This document shows, piece by piece, positions 1 to 12,310 of a DNA stretch of 64,000 nucleotides (its first letter is position 1; the number at the start of each line of letters is the position of its first letter). The notes under the pieces are model-generated. The model did no database searches, was not told the origin of the DNA, and saw only the letters and a list, made by a program, of their open reading frames with translations. The DNA is from Isurus oxyrinchus (taxonomy: Eukaryota): assembly GCA_026770705.1 (NCBI GenBank), contig JANJGN010000026.1:33542001-33606000 (forward strand), in the 5' to 3' direction. Both the position numbers and the translations under genes were made by a program.

Positions 1-754
1 TGTTTTTATTTTTTGTTTTGATCTACTTGGCTCAGAGACACATGGTTTTGAACACTCGATCAGATCTACCCTGAACCTTCCATTCTCTATGGAGAACAAA
101 CCCAGTTTCCCCAATCTATCTAATTAACTGAAGTTCTGCATCCCTGGGACGATTCTGGTCAACTTCCCTGCCACTTTTCTAAACCCTTCACATCCTTCCT
201 AAAGTGCGATTCCCGGAAGTGGACACAATGCTCCAGTTGAGGGGGAACCAGTGCTTTCCTAAGAGGATCAGTAGCATTTCCTTTCCTTTGGACTCCATGC
301 CGCTGAAACCGATGATCCCGGATGTTTAAGCGCCACTTTCTCAGGCTGTCAGGCCACCTTCAACCATTTATGCCCAAATAGAGCATATCGTTTGTTGAAG
401 AATGGATAATTGAATGAATTATTTTAGCAGGAGTATTGTAGGCGACTCGATTTATAAAAATACTTAAGGCTCTAAGGAGCCAGAAGGAATGCGCGAACTT
501 GATGGGTTTAATGGTTTTTTGCTGTGCTAGAACATTATAAACTCAATTGTAAATACATTCGTGGAGATTAGGTGATTCCCTCCACCCCACCCTCCCCCCA
601 CCCCCTTCTATGTGTGTGCCTGTGTGTATATATGTGTTTGTGTATATGTATTTGTGTGTATACCTGTGTTTGTGTGTATGTGTGTGCTCCTTTCAACTTA
701 ATCCCGAAAATGGACAACAATTTGGACTCTTTCCGTGCGTTGTATCACGGTGTG

Positions 755-934
755 TCTGTAATCCCATTATGTTCAAGTTTTTGTACGGCTCTCTCCGTGC
801 TCTGTATCACTGTGTCTGTATTCCCACCATGTTCAGGTTTTTGTATAGCTCTCTCCGTGTTCTGTATCACTGTGTCTGTAATCCCACCATGTTCAGGTTT
901 TTGTATAGCTCTCTCCGTGTTCTGTATCACTGTG
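755..934 (-). repeat. Tandem 60-bp repeat, three copies, each carrying a full 23-RSS (plus a decayed fourth copy at ~715-754)
   Basis: Heptamers CACAGTG at 934-928, 874-868, 814-808; nonamers ACAAAAACC/ACAAAAACC/ACAAAAACT at 904-896, 844-836, 784-776. Confidence 0.95.
896..934 (-). other. 23-spacer RSS of the supporting V (proximal copy)
   Basis: CACAGTG (934-928), 23 nt, ACAAAAACC (904-896); perfect consensus. Confidence 0.97.
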
Positions 935-1240
935 CTGTGCGCCGACTCAGTTGGCAGTAATACACAGCGGAGTCGCTCAGTTGGAGTTTGGAGATATCTA
1001 ACTGGCTGATTTTCTCGGCAGAATCGATAGAAGCAGAAATTCTTCCCCCGGCAGCGTTTTCTTTATTCTCCTCTCCTGAAGTGTGCCTCTGAAGCAGATA
1101 TTCCGGAGCCTGTCCGGGGGACTGACGGTACCAGTGCACTGTGTACTGACAGAATCCTGAGTATTCACAGTTTAAAGTAACGGTGTCACCGGCAGGAGCG
1201 GTTTGTAGAGGCGGATCCCGGGAAATTACGGAACTGGAAT
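935..1240 (-). CDS. TRDV: Leaderless 'supporting' TCR-delta V segment of a NAR-TCR cassette
   Basis: Acceptor ttttctatcctccag| then (D)SSSVISRDPPLQTAPAGDTVTLNCEYSGFCQYTVHWYRQSPGQAPEYLL...LQLSDSAVYYCQLSRRT. Canonical C/W/YYC, extra Cys in CDR1, no leader exon seen upstream, phase-1 compatible with the J donor at 4164, followed by a 23-RSS. Confidence 0.92.
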
Positions 1241-2699
1241 CTGGAGGATAGAAAAATGAACATTTTATTTTTGTTAAGCCTCTGTTTGTCCAGCTGAATT
1301 CAATCGCGTGAATAGCTCTGCTTTTTGCAGTAATTTTATTTGCTAGAAGCCTGTTTGAACCGTGTTCACTGTTATTGAAATATGATCAAATAGGGAATGA
1401 GGTGATATTTTAGTTTACATGTCGAAATCTTGCGAAGGGGACTGCACTGTCTGAATTGGTGGTGGGAACAGCTTCCATAGTAACTTTCAAACGGGTAATG
1501 GGTCTGTGCTGGAAATGTAAATACAAATATAGAGCGATGGAGAAAATTCATGGACAGTGGGAAAAATTGGATTGCACTTTTAAAGGGTCAGCACCTACAC
1601 AAGGGGCCGAATGTCAGCATTCCGTAGATAATTCTATGAATTATATTACATTCCCGTTTCTATTTTCCTTGGTGAGACACAAACACGAGGGAGCATTTTA
1701 TGCTCAGCGAGGCAACCAGTTTCCAAAAAAAACACGTTTGTTGCAGAGAAACACAGCTGTGTGGCATCACTGAGCACAGCAAGATCCAACACAAACTGAT
1801 GGGCATCATCAGCACCGATTGGGCAAAACAAAGAGTGAGAACCAGTGGTCAAAGGTCAATCATTTACTGCGCTTTTAACTACTCCGGGATTTCTCTCTGC
1901 CTTTTGCTGTATTTCTCTGTTCTATCAATAGGGTCGTATTTTCTCCAGTTCAGCTTAATTTCAAATATGTGCAATTAATTTAATCTTATTTCTTTAATTT
2001 CACATTCCCTTTATTTCACATTTTCTTTGTGCTGTTTGCGCTTATTGCAATCGTGGGAACTTGCCCCAAAGTCTCTGAGTTGTCGGTTGGGTTCAGTCTG
2101 TTCAGTTTCCGCAGTGGTTTTACTGTTAGTCACTGGGAACTGCCGCTTCCGGCTCTCTGACAATTTCAATTCTTTCCGCCCATTAACTGATTCTCTCCCG
2201 GGTTCACTGGGCGGAGTTTTCTCTCAATTTTACATTATCGGGGAAGAAGAATGCGGAAGAGGAATGGGCCATTCAGCCTGTGAACATAATCAATTCCAGC
2301 CGCACCCCACCAGAAATCTAATTGGCCATTTACATCCAGTTCCCTGTGCTGGTCTATTCCGTTCTCCCTCCTGTGTTTTCAAGTGTTCCAATAAATATAT
2401 CAATACTTTCCCCATACACTCCCTGAGGCAGCAAGTTCCACATTCTGATCTGCCTTTGTTTAAATTCATTTGTCTTAAAATGTTTTATTTGTTCTGTTAG
2501 TTACTGTCATATGTTGACGGCTATTGCTTTGGGCTCAACCACAAATGACCAATTTATCCACATTAAAACCGTTCAGTATTGAAAGAATTTCTATGGATTC
2601 TCTTTGTGGTTCTTTTTTCCAGAAAAAAGAGACCCAGCCCGTTCAATCTTCCCAGAGAGATGTGGATTGTTGCTGATTTCTTGTTTCATCAAATAGAGA

Positions 2700-3250
2700 A
2701 TGGAATCAACAGAAGAAGGAGCCGCCAGATCACCTTTCAAACCTGCTCAGCCATTCAGTAATATCCTGGCTGATTTACAACTTCAACGTCACATTCCTGC
2801 ACTGCCCCCATATCCCCTGTTCCGTTTAGTGTCTGAAAACCTATCGAATATTGTCTTGAATGCACACGGATTATGAACACACACCACTCTCTGAGTTACA
2901 GCCACAGATTCACAACAATGGTTCTACTGAAGATATTTTTTTCCTTCTCAGTTCCAATGGAAGACTCTTTATTCTGAAGCTGTGACCCCGAGTTCTATAC
3001 TCCTCAGTCTGGGGAAACTCCGACCCAGAATCTGCCCTGTCAAAGCCCTTCAGTATATTATATGTTTTAATGAGATCACCTCTCATTCTCCTAAACTCGA
3101 GGAAATATATACCAAGACGACTAAATCTCTTCCCATTGGACAATCTCTTCATCTCGGGAATCAGTCTGATTAACATTTGCTGCACTCCTTCCAATGCAGA
3201 TTGATCTCAATTCAGTAAGGAGACGAAAACTTTACACAGCATTCCAGACT
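2700..3250 (-). mobile_element. CR1-type LINE 3' fragment
   Basis: ORF EGVQ...RLG.Y.LEFRRMRGDLIKTYNILKGFDR. Confidence 0.88.
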
Positions 3251-4163
3251 GGAGTCCATTTCAGTCCTTCCCTCCAGAAACCTCACGCATCCCGGGGTCG
3301 GATTGTACTTTGAAAGGCGCCCAGAAATCATGCAATACTTCTCTCCCTTTCGATTAATTTTTTTCTTGCTGGTTCTAAATGAGCATTCTCCTAGTTTATA
3401 ATTGTTTCCTTTTGTTCCTATTCTCCTTATAAGATTAATGCATCATCCTCACTGTCTCACTGCACTGTGTTGCTTACTTCACAGCAATCAGATATACAGA
3501 TAAATTACAGCAATCCCATCCCTCAAACATTTACATTCAATATAGAGAAGTGTCTGCAGTTCCAAACTTTCACATTTCGGTCTGAGGGCGGGAAACGAGG
3601 AAAGTGATTGGTTGAAGACAATTGAAAGAAATTGGGGGGGGGGGGGGGGGGGTGACAATGTCACTAATTTCAGTCACTGATTGTCCAATAATAAAATTCT
3701 ATCTGGACCCACATCAGGATCTCTTCTGTCTGGAGTCCGTTGTGTCACTCCCCCGTTTTTCTCCCGGGTCAGGTCTGGAACAAGCCGCTGCAGGTATCCG
3801 AACTGGCCGCACTTGTGTTGAGTTTATTCACCCGGTACCCCATTCAAATTGCGCGGCTCGGACTGCAATCTGCTGCCCAGGAGAGAGCTCTGTGACCCCG
3901 CTTCCGGGTTCTAAGGGACAGACAGATCTCCTTCGATCACAGTTAACACCGGGAGTGGAGTCCAGATTGTGGACAACCTGCGCTCATTAAAAGCGATTCA
4001 GAGTGTGAGAGTCCGTGATGTTGATGTTGTCCCCATTGAACAAACAATGGTCCACATTCCTTCAACTCCCACATCCCACCCAAACTCCACTAATATCAAT
4101 AATAAACTGACGATGAACATTACCCGCGACAGGCTTAACCCGGCGGGATTTGGTGTTACTTAC

Positions 4164-4221
4164 CGGCTGTGACAGCCACCACTGTCCCGGATCCATCCGC
4201 ATGATCATATTTATAAACCAC
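4164..4221 (-). CDS. NAR-TCR J segment
   Basis: Encodes ...YDHADGSGTVVAVTA then G|GTAAGT donor; preceded by nonamer AGTTGTTGT, 23 nt, CACTGTG (4260-4222). DGSG in place of F/WGXG is VNAR-J-like. Confidence 0.92.
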
Positions 4222-4603
4222 CACAGTGGCACCGCTCTCAGTCTCCCAGGTACAACAACTACCGACACCTCAGCCTGCCGGGAAATCATCATCAGACAGT
4301 AGAAACTGTCCAATTATTCAGCGGATTTATATAAGCAAACAATATTCAATCTTTCAAAGTCTCTGTCAATTCAAACTGTTCTTTGTGAGGCCCTGAGCTC
4401 TGAGTAAATAGTCCCGGAAACGAGATGCTCGCTTTATATAAACCGGGAAAAATATGAAAGAAAGATAACTGAATGTTGGAAATTGCAATTAAATGTCACC
4501 AGATTACAGCAATAATAACATCAGCCCGATAATTCACTATCCGGACCAGGAGTATTTATATTGTGATCGTACAGAGGTATTTGCTCAGGTCTCTGCCACT
4601 GTG

Positions 4604-4621
4604 ACTTCCCCTTACCCCATG
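4604..4621 (-). other. NAR-TCR D segment with 12/12 RSS
   Basis: D = CATGGGGTAAGGGGAAGT. 5' RSS 4622-4649 (outward CACTGTG-12-ATAAGATCC); 3' RSS 4576-4603 (CACAGTG-12-GCAAATACC). Confidence 0.9.
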
Positions 4622-4971
4622 CACTGTGCTACAATTCAGTATAAGATCCTCCGGGCGTTTGTTGAGATTTGGGGACATCAGTTAAACAGCGGGTGCTGCG
4701 GTTCCCGGTTCCAGGTGTTGGACCAGGATCACATCTGGTGTTAGGGGTTTGTAACTGGGATCAAACATTCCCAATCCCCATTCACTGACACCAGTCCCAG
4801 GAAAGACATCATCCGCTCACACTCGGCATTTATAAAAGTCAAGATGCTAACAGCAATAATCCAATCGCCTTATAAACTAGACTGTGAGGCAGACGGTGTG
4901 AGGCGGAACTTTGGGGGTTAAACTGCAGATTAACTCCGCTATTTCATTTGTTTCTGTGATAATCTGCAGTG

Positions 4972-5009
4972 AGTTTTTGTATCGCGGGATGCCGAGGCCC
5001 ATCGCTGTG
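4972..5009 (-). other. RSS of the NAR-TCR V (22-nt spacer)
   Basis: CACAGCG (5009-5003), 22 nt, ACAAAAACT (4980-4972). Confidence 0.9.
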
Positions 5010-5297
5010 TGTCGTACTGGTACTGAGCTTTACAGTAATAGGTGGCGGTGTCTTCAACTCTCACATCCCGAATTTCCAGCGAAAATGTCTTTTCTGCTTT
5101 ATTCACCGACACAATAAACCTCCCCCCGCTGGAGATCCGCTCCCACTCTGTCCCGGTCTGGGTTTGTCTGAAGAAATCCCCGCCGGTCAAAGGACGAGCG
5201 AAAAAACCACCATAGAAAACACAGTTGATGGTGAGAGACTGACACTCCTTCCTGGTCACCGCTGCCGGGGTCTGTACCACTGACTGACTGAAAGAGT
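5010..5297 (-). CDS. NAR-TCR V exon (VNAR-like domain)
   Basis: ttccag|..SFSQSVVQTPAAVTRKECQSLTINCVF...FFRQTQTGTEWERISSGGRFIVSVNKAEKTFSLEIRDVRVEDTATYYCKAQY. VNAR hallmarks (ERIS.GGR..SVNK..K.FSL.I.D.RVED, deleted CDR2) and a non-canonical FR1 Cys. Confidence 0.95.
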
Positions 5298-5444
5298 CTG
5301 GAAATTAAACAGAGATAGTTTAATGGACCATCAGAGCCGAACCACAGAACGGGGTTAAACCCCAGACAGTGTCTGTAATCGGGATGGACTCGGGCAGCTT
5401 TATATTAAATCCACACAATGTCGGTTTGTTTGATCGGTACTCAC

Positions 5445-5487
5445 GAGGTAAACAGACACACAGGGTGAAAATAAGGAGGATTCCCAT
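5445..5487 (-). CDS. Leader exon of the NAR-TCR V
   Basis: ATG...MGILLIFTLCVCLP + C|GTGAGT; phase-1 splice in frame with the V exon at 5297. Confidence 0.92.
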
Positions 5488-5504
5488 CGTTCTGCTACCT
5501 GGAG

Positions 5505-5610
5505 CTGAGGGTTTATATGGAGCTGGAGACTGCAAACCTGGACTGCACTGGGAGAGCGGACCTCAGAGCTGGACTGAAGTACTTTAGGGGGATCGAGTTG
5601 ATTTGCACAG
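5505..5610 (-). promoter_or_regulatory. Putative NAR-TCR V promoter
   Basis: CATATAAACC about 25-30 nt upstream of the ATG; octamer-like ATTTGCAC at 5601-5608. Confidence 0.5.
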
Positions 5611-7379
5611 GGCAGTTCCGCTGAAATCATTGATTTGCCGCACGATTCCCGGGTCGCTGGCTAAGTGTTGTTTGTATAAGCGTCAGGTTTATAAAAGGAG
5701 GCTGCAATTTTCTGACTCCACATTTGAATTGTGATCCGGATGTGAAAGCCCCTCCCACAATACTCTGGTGTACAGGGGTGGGGGAGGGGCGCTGTTCTTA
5801 CTGCCAGTTGTGCTGCCGCCTTCCTTTCCCCGCAGTGATGAGCTGGGCGGTCGGTGCATGTGTTTGTATTGGGTGATGTTTGTTTAAGGTGGAATGTGGG
5901 CCCAGGACACCTAGAATCCCCCGGCCCCGCTCTTTTCCCAATATTTCGGAGATTGTTTAACATCGCTCTGAACGGGCTGGCGGGACCCCAGTTAGACTTC
6001 TGACCTGAAGGTCGGCGCCTCAGGTTCGGCACCTACCCCGGAGCAGCAACTGGGGACAAGTTATAATATGAAGTAGCCCAGTGGCATTACCAATATCCTG
6101 GCAGGTCTGCACAACATGCACATAAACGAGTTAAGGCTGATTAGTTCAATTCGCTGGATTGCGAGCTCGTGGTTCGGAATAATACCAACAGTACGGGTTC
6201 TATTCGCATTGTGGCTGAGATAGGCTGGTGACCTGCCTGCGCCTGCGAGTGGAAGGCGATGGTAAAGCACCACAAACAAAGCTACCAAGAAAACAGCTCA
6301 GGTCGAAGCAACTGCAGAAAATCGGCCATCGGCAGGTCACACCTGAATAAATACAAGAAACAAACTCCCTTCTTCATTTAACAAATGATTCCCGCACCAG
6401 TCCTGCTTTGGGGTACATATAAAATGATGTTCCATTTCAGCCATGTTTGATTTCCAGGCTGGGAATATTCAGAATTTCCGTTTGAACGGACACAGATTGA
6501 AGCGACACTCGGACGGACAATGGACTTTGAGGAAACATTGTGCTTGGAGCTTGCTTTAAAATTCACAGTCACCGCTTTCTGTTCTGAAAAATGTTTTTTT
6601 TTTCATTCGTTCACGGGATGTGGGCTTTGTTGGCTGGGCCAGCATTTATTGCCCATCCCTAGTTGCCCTTGAGAAGGTGGTGGTGAGCTGCCTTCTTGAA
6701 CCGCTGCAGTCCATGTGGTGTAGGTACGCCCACGGTGCTGTTAGGGAGGGAGTTCCAAGATATTGATCCAGCGACAGTGAAGGAACGACGATATATTTCC
6801 AAGTCACGACAGTGAGTGACTTGGAGGTGTTCAGAATTATCTCTTACCCAGCAACGTCCAAATGAACCCTGTGACAAGGAGGAGGTCAAAGTTTTCACAA
6901 ACCTGACAACAGAGTTAGGGGAAAAACTGCGCAGCATTGCGGGCAGGGACGAAAAGACCATTAAAAGGCGTAAGGGACGTTGAAACAGCAGCACATCACA
7001 GAAATATGGCCTACAGCACGTCACATAGACATGGTGATGATTTGGCCCACAGTGGAGAAAAGCACATTTTTTCTGCATGATCGTCCAATTCCTGACAGTA
7101 TTTTTAATGTAAATCAAAAATGCAGCTTTGAGGCTACTACAGAATTTAAAATAAACATATACATGTGTAGTGCAGTGTAAGTTTATTTAATATAAATACG
7201 GATATGGCCTGGAATAGTAGTAACAAAAACATGGCCTAGTGTGATATAAATAGAGACAGGGGATAATTCAGTAATCACTGAGGCAAGGCCTGGTTTAAAG
7301 CAACTAGAGATGGCGTTGAGTGCAAAAAGGACCTGGTTTAGAGTAGTTAGAACAAAGACAGGATCTATTGAAATCTAAA

Positions 7380-8760
7380 CAAACTCAAGAGTGACGTTTT
7401 AAGTTCCTCCTTCCAGTTCACCTCTTGATTTTCAACTATCTTTGGAAAGTTTTCTAAGTGTTCCACAGTGAAGATAGACACAAAATACCTGTTTAACGCC
7501 TCTGCCACTTCCTTGTCTTCTCTTATCAATTCCCCAAGTACACTACCCAGAAGACCAACACTAGCTTTAATCACTATTTTATCCTTTAAATACTAGTAGA
7601 AACTCTTGCCATCTCTTTTTAATATTACTATCTAGCTTTCTCTCATGACTTTTTCTCTTTTTTAGTAATTCTTTTCTAGTTCTTAAGATTTGTCCAATCT
7701 CCTGACCTACCACTAATCTTTGTATATTTGTACAGTGTTTCTTTAATTTGATACTGTCCTTAAATTTCCTACTCAGTCACGGATGATGCATCCATCTCAA
7801 AGGGTCCTTCTTTCTCACTGAGATAAATATTCGCTGAGAGTTATTAAATTTCTCCTTAAAAGCCTGTCACTGAAACTCAACTGTCCTAACTTTTAACTTA
7901 GTTTCCAAATTCACTTCCTCTACATCTGCTTTCATACCCTTATAATTACTTTTATCCAGGTTTACAACTTTAGTCTTCGATCCACTTATCTACCCTTTAA
8001 ACTGACCATGAAATTCTATTGTGCTGTGATCGCTATCACTTAGAGTCTCCTTTACAATGAGGTTATTGATTAATCCTGTCTTATTGCTCATTACCAGGTC
8101 CAAAATAGCCTTCTTCCTGATTGGATCTGGAATGTACTGCATTAAGATATTGCCCTGAATACACTCTATGAGCTAATGCTCCAGGCTTCCTCTGCTAATC
8201 TGGTTCACCCAAACTGCGTGCAGATTAAAGTCACCCATGAGCATTGCTGTACCTTTCTTGCATGTCCCATTCTTCATTCCTCTATTTTTAGTCATTTTTT
8301 CCTGGTTCTTAAAATTTGAATATTCTTCTGACCTAACACTAATCTTTCCAGATTTGTACAGTATTTCTTTCAAATTGATGCTATCCTTAACTCCCTTATT
8401 CAGCCATAGATGATGCATCCATCTCAAAGAGTCCTTCTTTCTAACTGTGATAATAATTCTGATTCCTGATTCTACGTGTTGCTTTTTTTTTGAGCCCAGG
8501 TCATCCTTCACCACTGTACCAAGGAGACCTTGAATTAACCGAGCTACTCTACCACCTGTTCCCAGCTTCCTGTCTTTTCCAAATGGCAAAAACCCTTCAA
8601 TGTTTAGGTCCCAGCCTTGGTCACCCTGCAACAATGTCTCTGTAGTGGCTCTCGGGTCGTTCATAGTTATTTCTATCCATTTTGTTAGGAATGCTGCGCG
8701 CATTCAGATACTCAAACTCTCTCTTTTTACTCTTTCTGGCCTTACCTGCTGGTGCAGCCT
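7380..8760 (-). mobile_element. CR1-type LINE fragment (endonuclease/linker region)
   Basis: MGDFNLH motif, YLNARSI, AEALNRYFVSIFT; internal duplicate segment ~7690-7830 vs ~8320-8455. Confidence 0.82.
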
Positions 8761-10799
8761 TAAATGTGTACTCTCTGACCCTTCCTGCCACAAGCTGGTT
8801 TTCATTACTCAAATAGTTATTCTGCCCTATTATCTCTTTGTTGCCTTTTGATTTGCTACATCTCTCCTCACATGACCCCTTTCCCCCGGTATTTATTGTA
8901 AATTCCTCTCTATCACCCTGGTTATATGACTCTCCAAGACATTGGATATAGTCACAAGTGAGGCAAGCTCTAGTTTAATATAAATCGAGGAATTTACACA
9001 ATGCAGCAATAAATCAGTATTGCTTAATTCTTGAATCACTGGGTACAGCCAGGCACAGGGTTGATGCACCGAGGGGGGCGTCACTCACCTGTACAGTAAA
9101 GTTGCTCAGATTATCTTCTCATTCAATCACATCCATTTTCCTGCACCATAAGTGTATTTGCTTTATTTTGACCTGCTGTTTGTTTTTATGTTATCACACT
9201 GTTCATTTTACCTGTTTCCCATTATTTTCCCCAGCGTTCATCATCCTTTTCCTCATTAAAATCCACAGGATTCGCCAATTCACATGTTCACTGGTGACAC
9301 CGAGCAGTCCACAGTCTGTATGTGCGCCCCTCAACTTCACTCAGTGTTCGTCTGTTTTCTGCATTCTTTTTACACAAAGCAGTACTGATCCCTTTACCGC
9401 ACTTCACGCACCAAGGATCATTCAAATGGGAGAATAGCCAAGATCAACCGTTCACTTCCTGTGTCTTTATATTTATAGATACATATCCGCATCAATAGCC
9501 TTTTGCTGTTCTCCCTCTGTATCACTAGCTATCCTCAGTCTCAGATTTATCTATTTCACTCTTTATGCCTTTCTCGACACTCAGTGTATTCAATATTACC
9601 TTTATCTATGTCCGTCTGTTAGTGCCTCTCTGCCTACTGAGTACTGAGTACCGAATCTCATCTTTATCAAACTCCCTATGTTGGTGTCTCTCTGTCTCGC
9701 ACTTATTCTCAACTTTATCTACATTCTACATTGCGTAGTTGTCTCAAAGTGTCCAGACAGAAACTGAGACAATACATGGACGAGATACTAATTCACATAC
9801 CACAGCTCCTTTGATCAAATCCATAATTGTGAGAGCAGATGGCAATGAATGTATTCACCGTGAGGGCCTCATTCGCCCATCTTCACAAATTACTTGGGTC
9901 TTAAATCATTGAGACCAGACAGGAAAATGACTGATTCACTGAGGAGAGTCTCACTCTTCCATACAGGCAAGGATCTCAGATCTTTAACTATTGAGACCAG
10001 ATAGGCACTAAGCTGCTGTATCGACGTCAGTGATTCTGGAGCCGGCGGCGGTGGCGTAAGGAAACAGCTCACTCACTACCATAGGAATATTGTTGAGGTT
10101 TTAATCATTGAGTACATACAGGGGTAGGACTGATCCGCCGTAAGGAAGAAATCACTCGCTTGCAAAAGTACATTATTCAGGTCTTCCTTACAATAACCGC
10201 TTTGCAGAATTCAATAATTTAAACTCAGTGTTCCCTTTTTTGCTTCCTGCCTGGGTGTTTTAAATTTATATTTATCTACTTCTTTTCTGCTTTTATTTCT
10301 GCTTCTTTTTTCTCCGTCTCCACTATCCCCTTTACAATCTAGAGCTCCCCTATTGCCATTGTGTGGGAAATTCTGCATGCATTCACGAACATGGCTGGAC
10401 TTCATGAGGAGCCGGATATGGGCGGTTGGGAATTATTATATAGAACAGGAGTAAATGAGGCCGGAAGACCTAAATGTATACATTTATGTGTTAATATTGG
10501 GGACAGGGGGGTGAGAAGGGACAAAGGTGCACAGAAAAGGCATCAAAGTAAAAGCGGAAGTTAAGGCGCCAGAGTTGAACTTGGGACTTTTTTTATTGTT
10601 AGTGCGAATTCAAATCATCCACAAATATAATTACGCAAGTTAAACTCAAGAGTTGTCTTGAATTTTTGCTCCTTTAAGCATGCTCCCTCTGAATCTTGCA
10701 TAGGAGGGTGATAACTTGTCTCTTTTTTTGGCTGAGAATTAACTGAACATCACAATGTGGAATATTGTCTGGGATTCACTGCATCTCTGCCGCAGGGTG

Positions 10800-11080
10800 G
10801 GATTCATGTCACAGAAATACTCGGCAGTGCGGCAGATCAGGGCCTCAGCTCCAATGTACTGATGGTTTCTATCAAATGTAGAAAAGAATCAGACAATGAT
10901 GTCGGTCTCCTTGTTTATATTTATACGAATAAGGGTGAATCAGCAGTTATGGATGTTGTCCGGGTTTCTGAATATACCAGAACATATAATGGTTCAGAAG
11001 ATTTGTTTTCAAGATGCAGGTCATTGTGATGGCTTTTCACTCTTTGACCAAAGTTTCAGTTCCCGACTCGGCCTCTGTGC
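10800..11080 (-). pseudogene. TCR alpha/delta-type V pseudogene
   Basis: GTEAESGTETLVKE*KAITMTCILKTNLLNHYMFWYIQKPGQHP*LLI ... AEYFCDMNP with in-frame stops; degenerate RSS CACCCTG, ~23 nt, (G)ACAATATT at 10761-10799. Confidence 0.8.
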
Positions 11081-11967
11081 CTTGTCGCACATAAATATAA
11101 CGTAAAGTAGCTGGGATAGATGTCACTATTATCGGGATCGTCATCACCATCATCTCAAGCAACATAATCATCAACAGCAGCACTTCACAGTTAATAACAT
11201 CTGGGTTACAGCAGTCAGGGGGAGAACGGACAGTTTTCTGGGAAGGAAATACTAAGAAATGATATAATGGAGACGAACGGTATGATGCAATTCCTCTTGA
11301 GGATGTCTGAGTCTGTAACTCTGCAGTCCGTCAAATCTTCTGTCGGAACTGAAATGTAGATTCCAGCCCCTGTGCTTCTGATTCAATCAACGCCAAACGG
11401 AACAGCGGCAACCATCTCTCCAATAAAACAGGAAATGAAAGAAAGGTCAGAGCGAGAGAAACAAACGGAATTTGTGGGCAAGGCAATGATAATTCGCCCA
11501 GCAGAAATTATTTACCTTTGCCTCTCTGTACGGACTGCGTTACATTCACATTTATTTCAAATCTATGGCAAACAGACTAACGACATGAATTAGATATACG
11601 GATTAATTTATAGTTACCAATAACTTCATAGTTTAAGTCGCTCAATGCAGGAAGCTGAACCTCTCAGTGGGGAACACAAAACTGGGCAACCCATCCCAAT
11701 GTACTGGAGCCAAACTGTTCATTAACACTGAACTAACCTTCTCAATGATGGGTCTGTTAGGAAGAGTTACAGTAATGAGCATGTGAGATCAAAAGCATTT
11801 CACCTGAAGTAACATTCAAAAAATTGTCTATCAGTATTGAAATGTAACAGGCGCTGGGAATCCACTGCCTGATGAGCTACCTGGTAGTTAGTTTAATGAC
11901 TCTCATTTTAACTGATTTCAGAGAATACGGTCATGGTACAAGTTATGCAGACGCCATTCTCACTAGG

Positions 11968-12101
11968 ACTCAGCACACAGTTATACATGGCGCTGTCAGG
12001 GAGCTGCAGCACAGTCAAGGCGAAATCAGCTATATTATTGGGTGTTTCGAGAATTTTCCAGTTAACCGTGGAAACAGAATGAACAACAGGAAACAAAATG
12101 A
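11968..12101 (-). pseudogene. 3' part of a TCR-type V pseudogene (5' part lost in the N gap)
   Basis: ...ADFALTVLQLPDSAMYNCVLS followed by CCTAGTG, 23 nt, ACCATGACC (11967-11929), a damaged 23-RSS. Confidence 0.7.
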
Positions 12102-12310
12102 NNNNNNNNNNNNNNNNNNNNNNNNNNNNNNNNNNNNNNNNNNNNNNNNNNNNNNNNNNNNNNNNNNNNNNNNNNNNNNNNNNNNNNNNNNNNNNNNNNN
12201 NNNNNNNNNNNNNNNNNNNNNNNNNNNNNNNNNNNNNNNNNNNNNNNNNNNNNNNNNNNNNNNNNNNNNNNNNNNNNNNNNNNNNNNNNNNNNNNNNNNN
12301 NNNNNNNNNN
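12102..12310. other. Assembly gap (N run)
   Basis: Run of n characters. Confidence 0.99.

Noticed and set aside
745-930. RSS repeat as an in-frame CDR3 extension (open 20-aa repeat ORF)
   Set aside because: That ORF is not in the V frame; the V frame stops at 929-927.
9065-9085. CTCF-like CACCGAGGGGGGCG
   Set aside because: Imperfect match; needs a PWM score or ChIP data.
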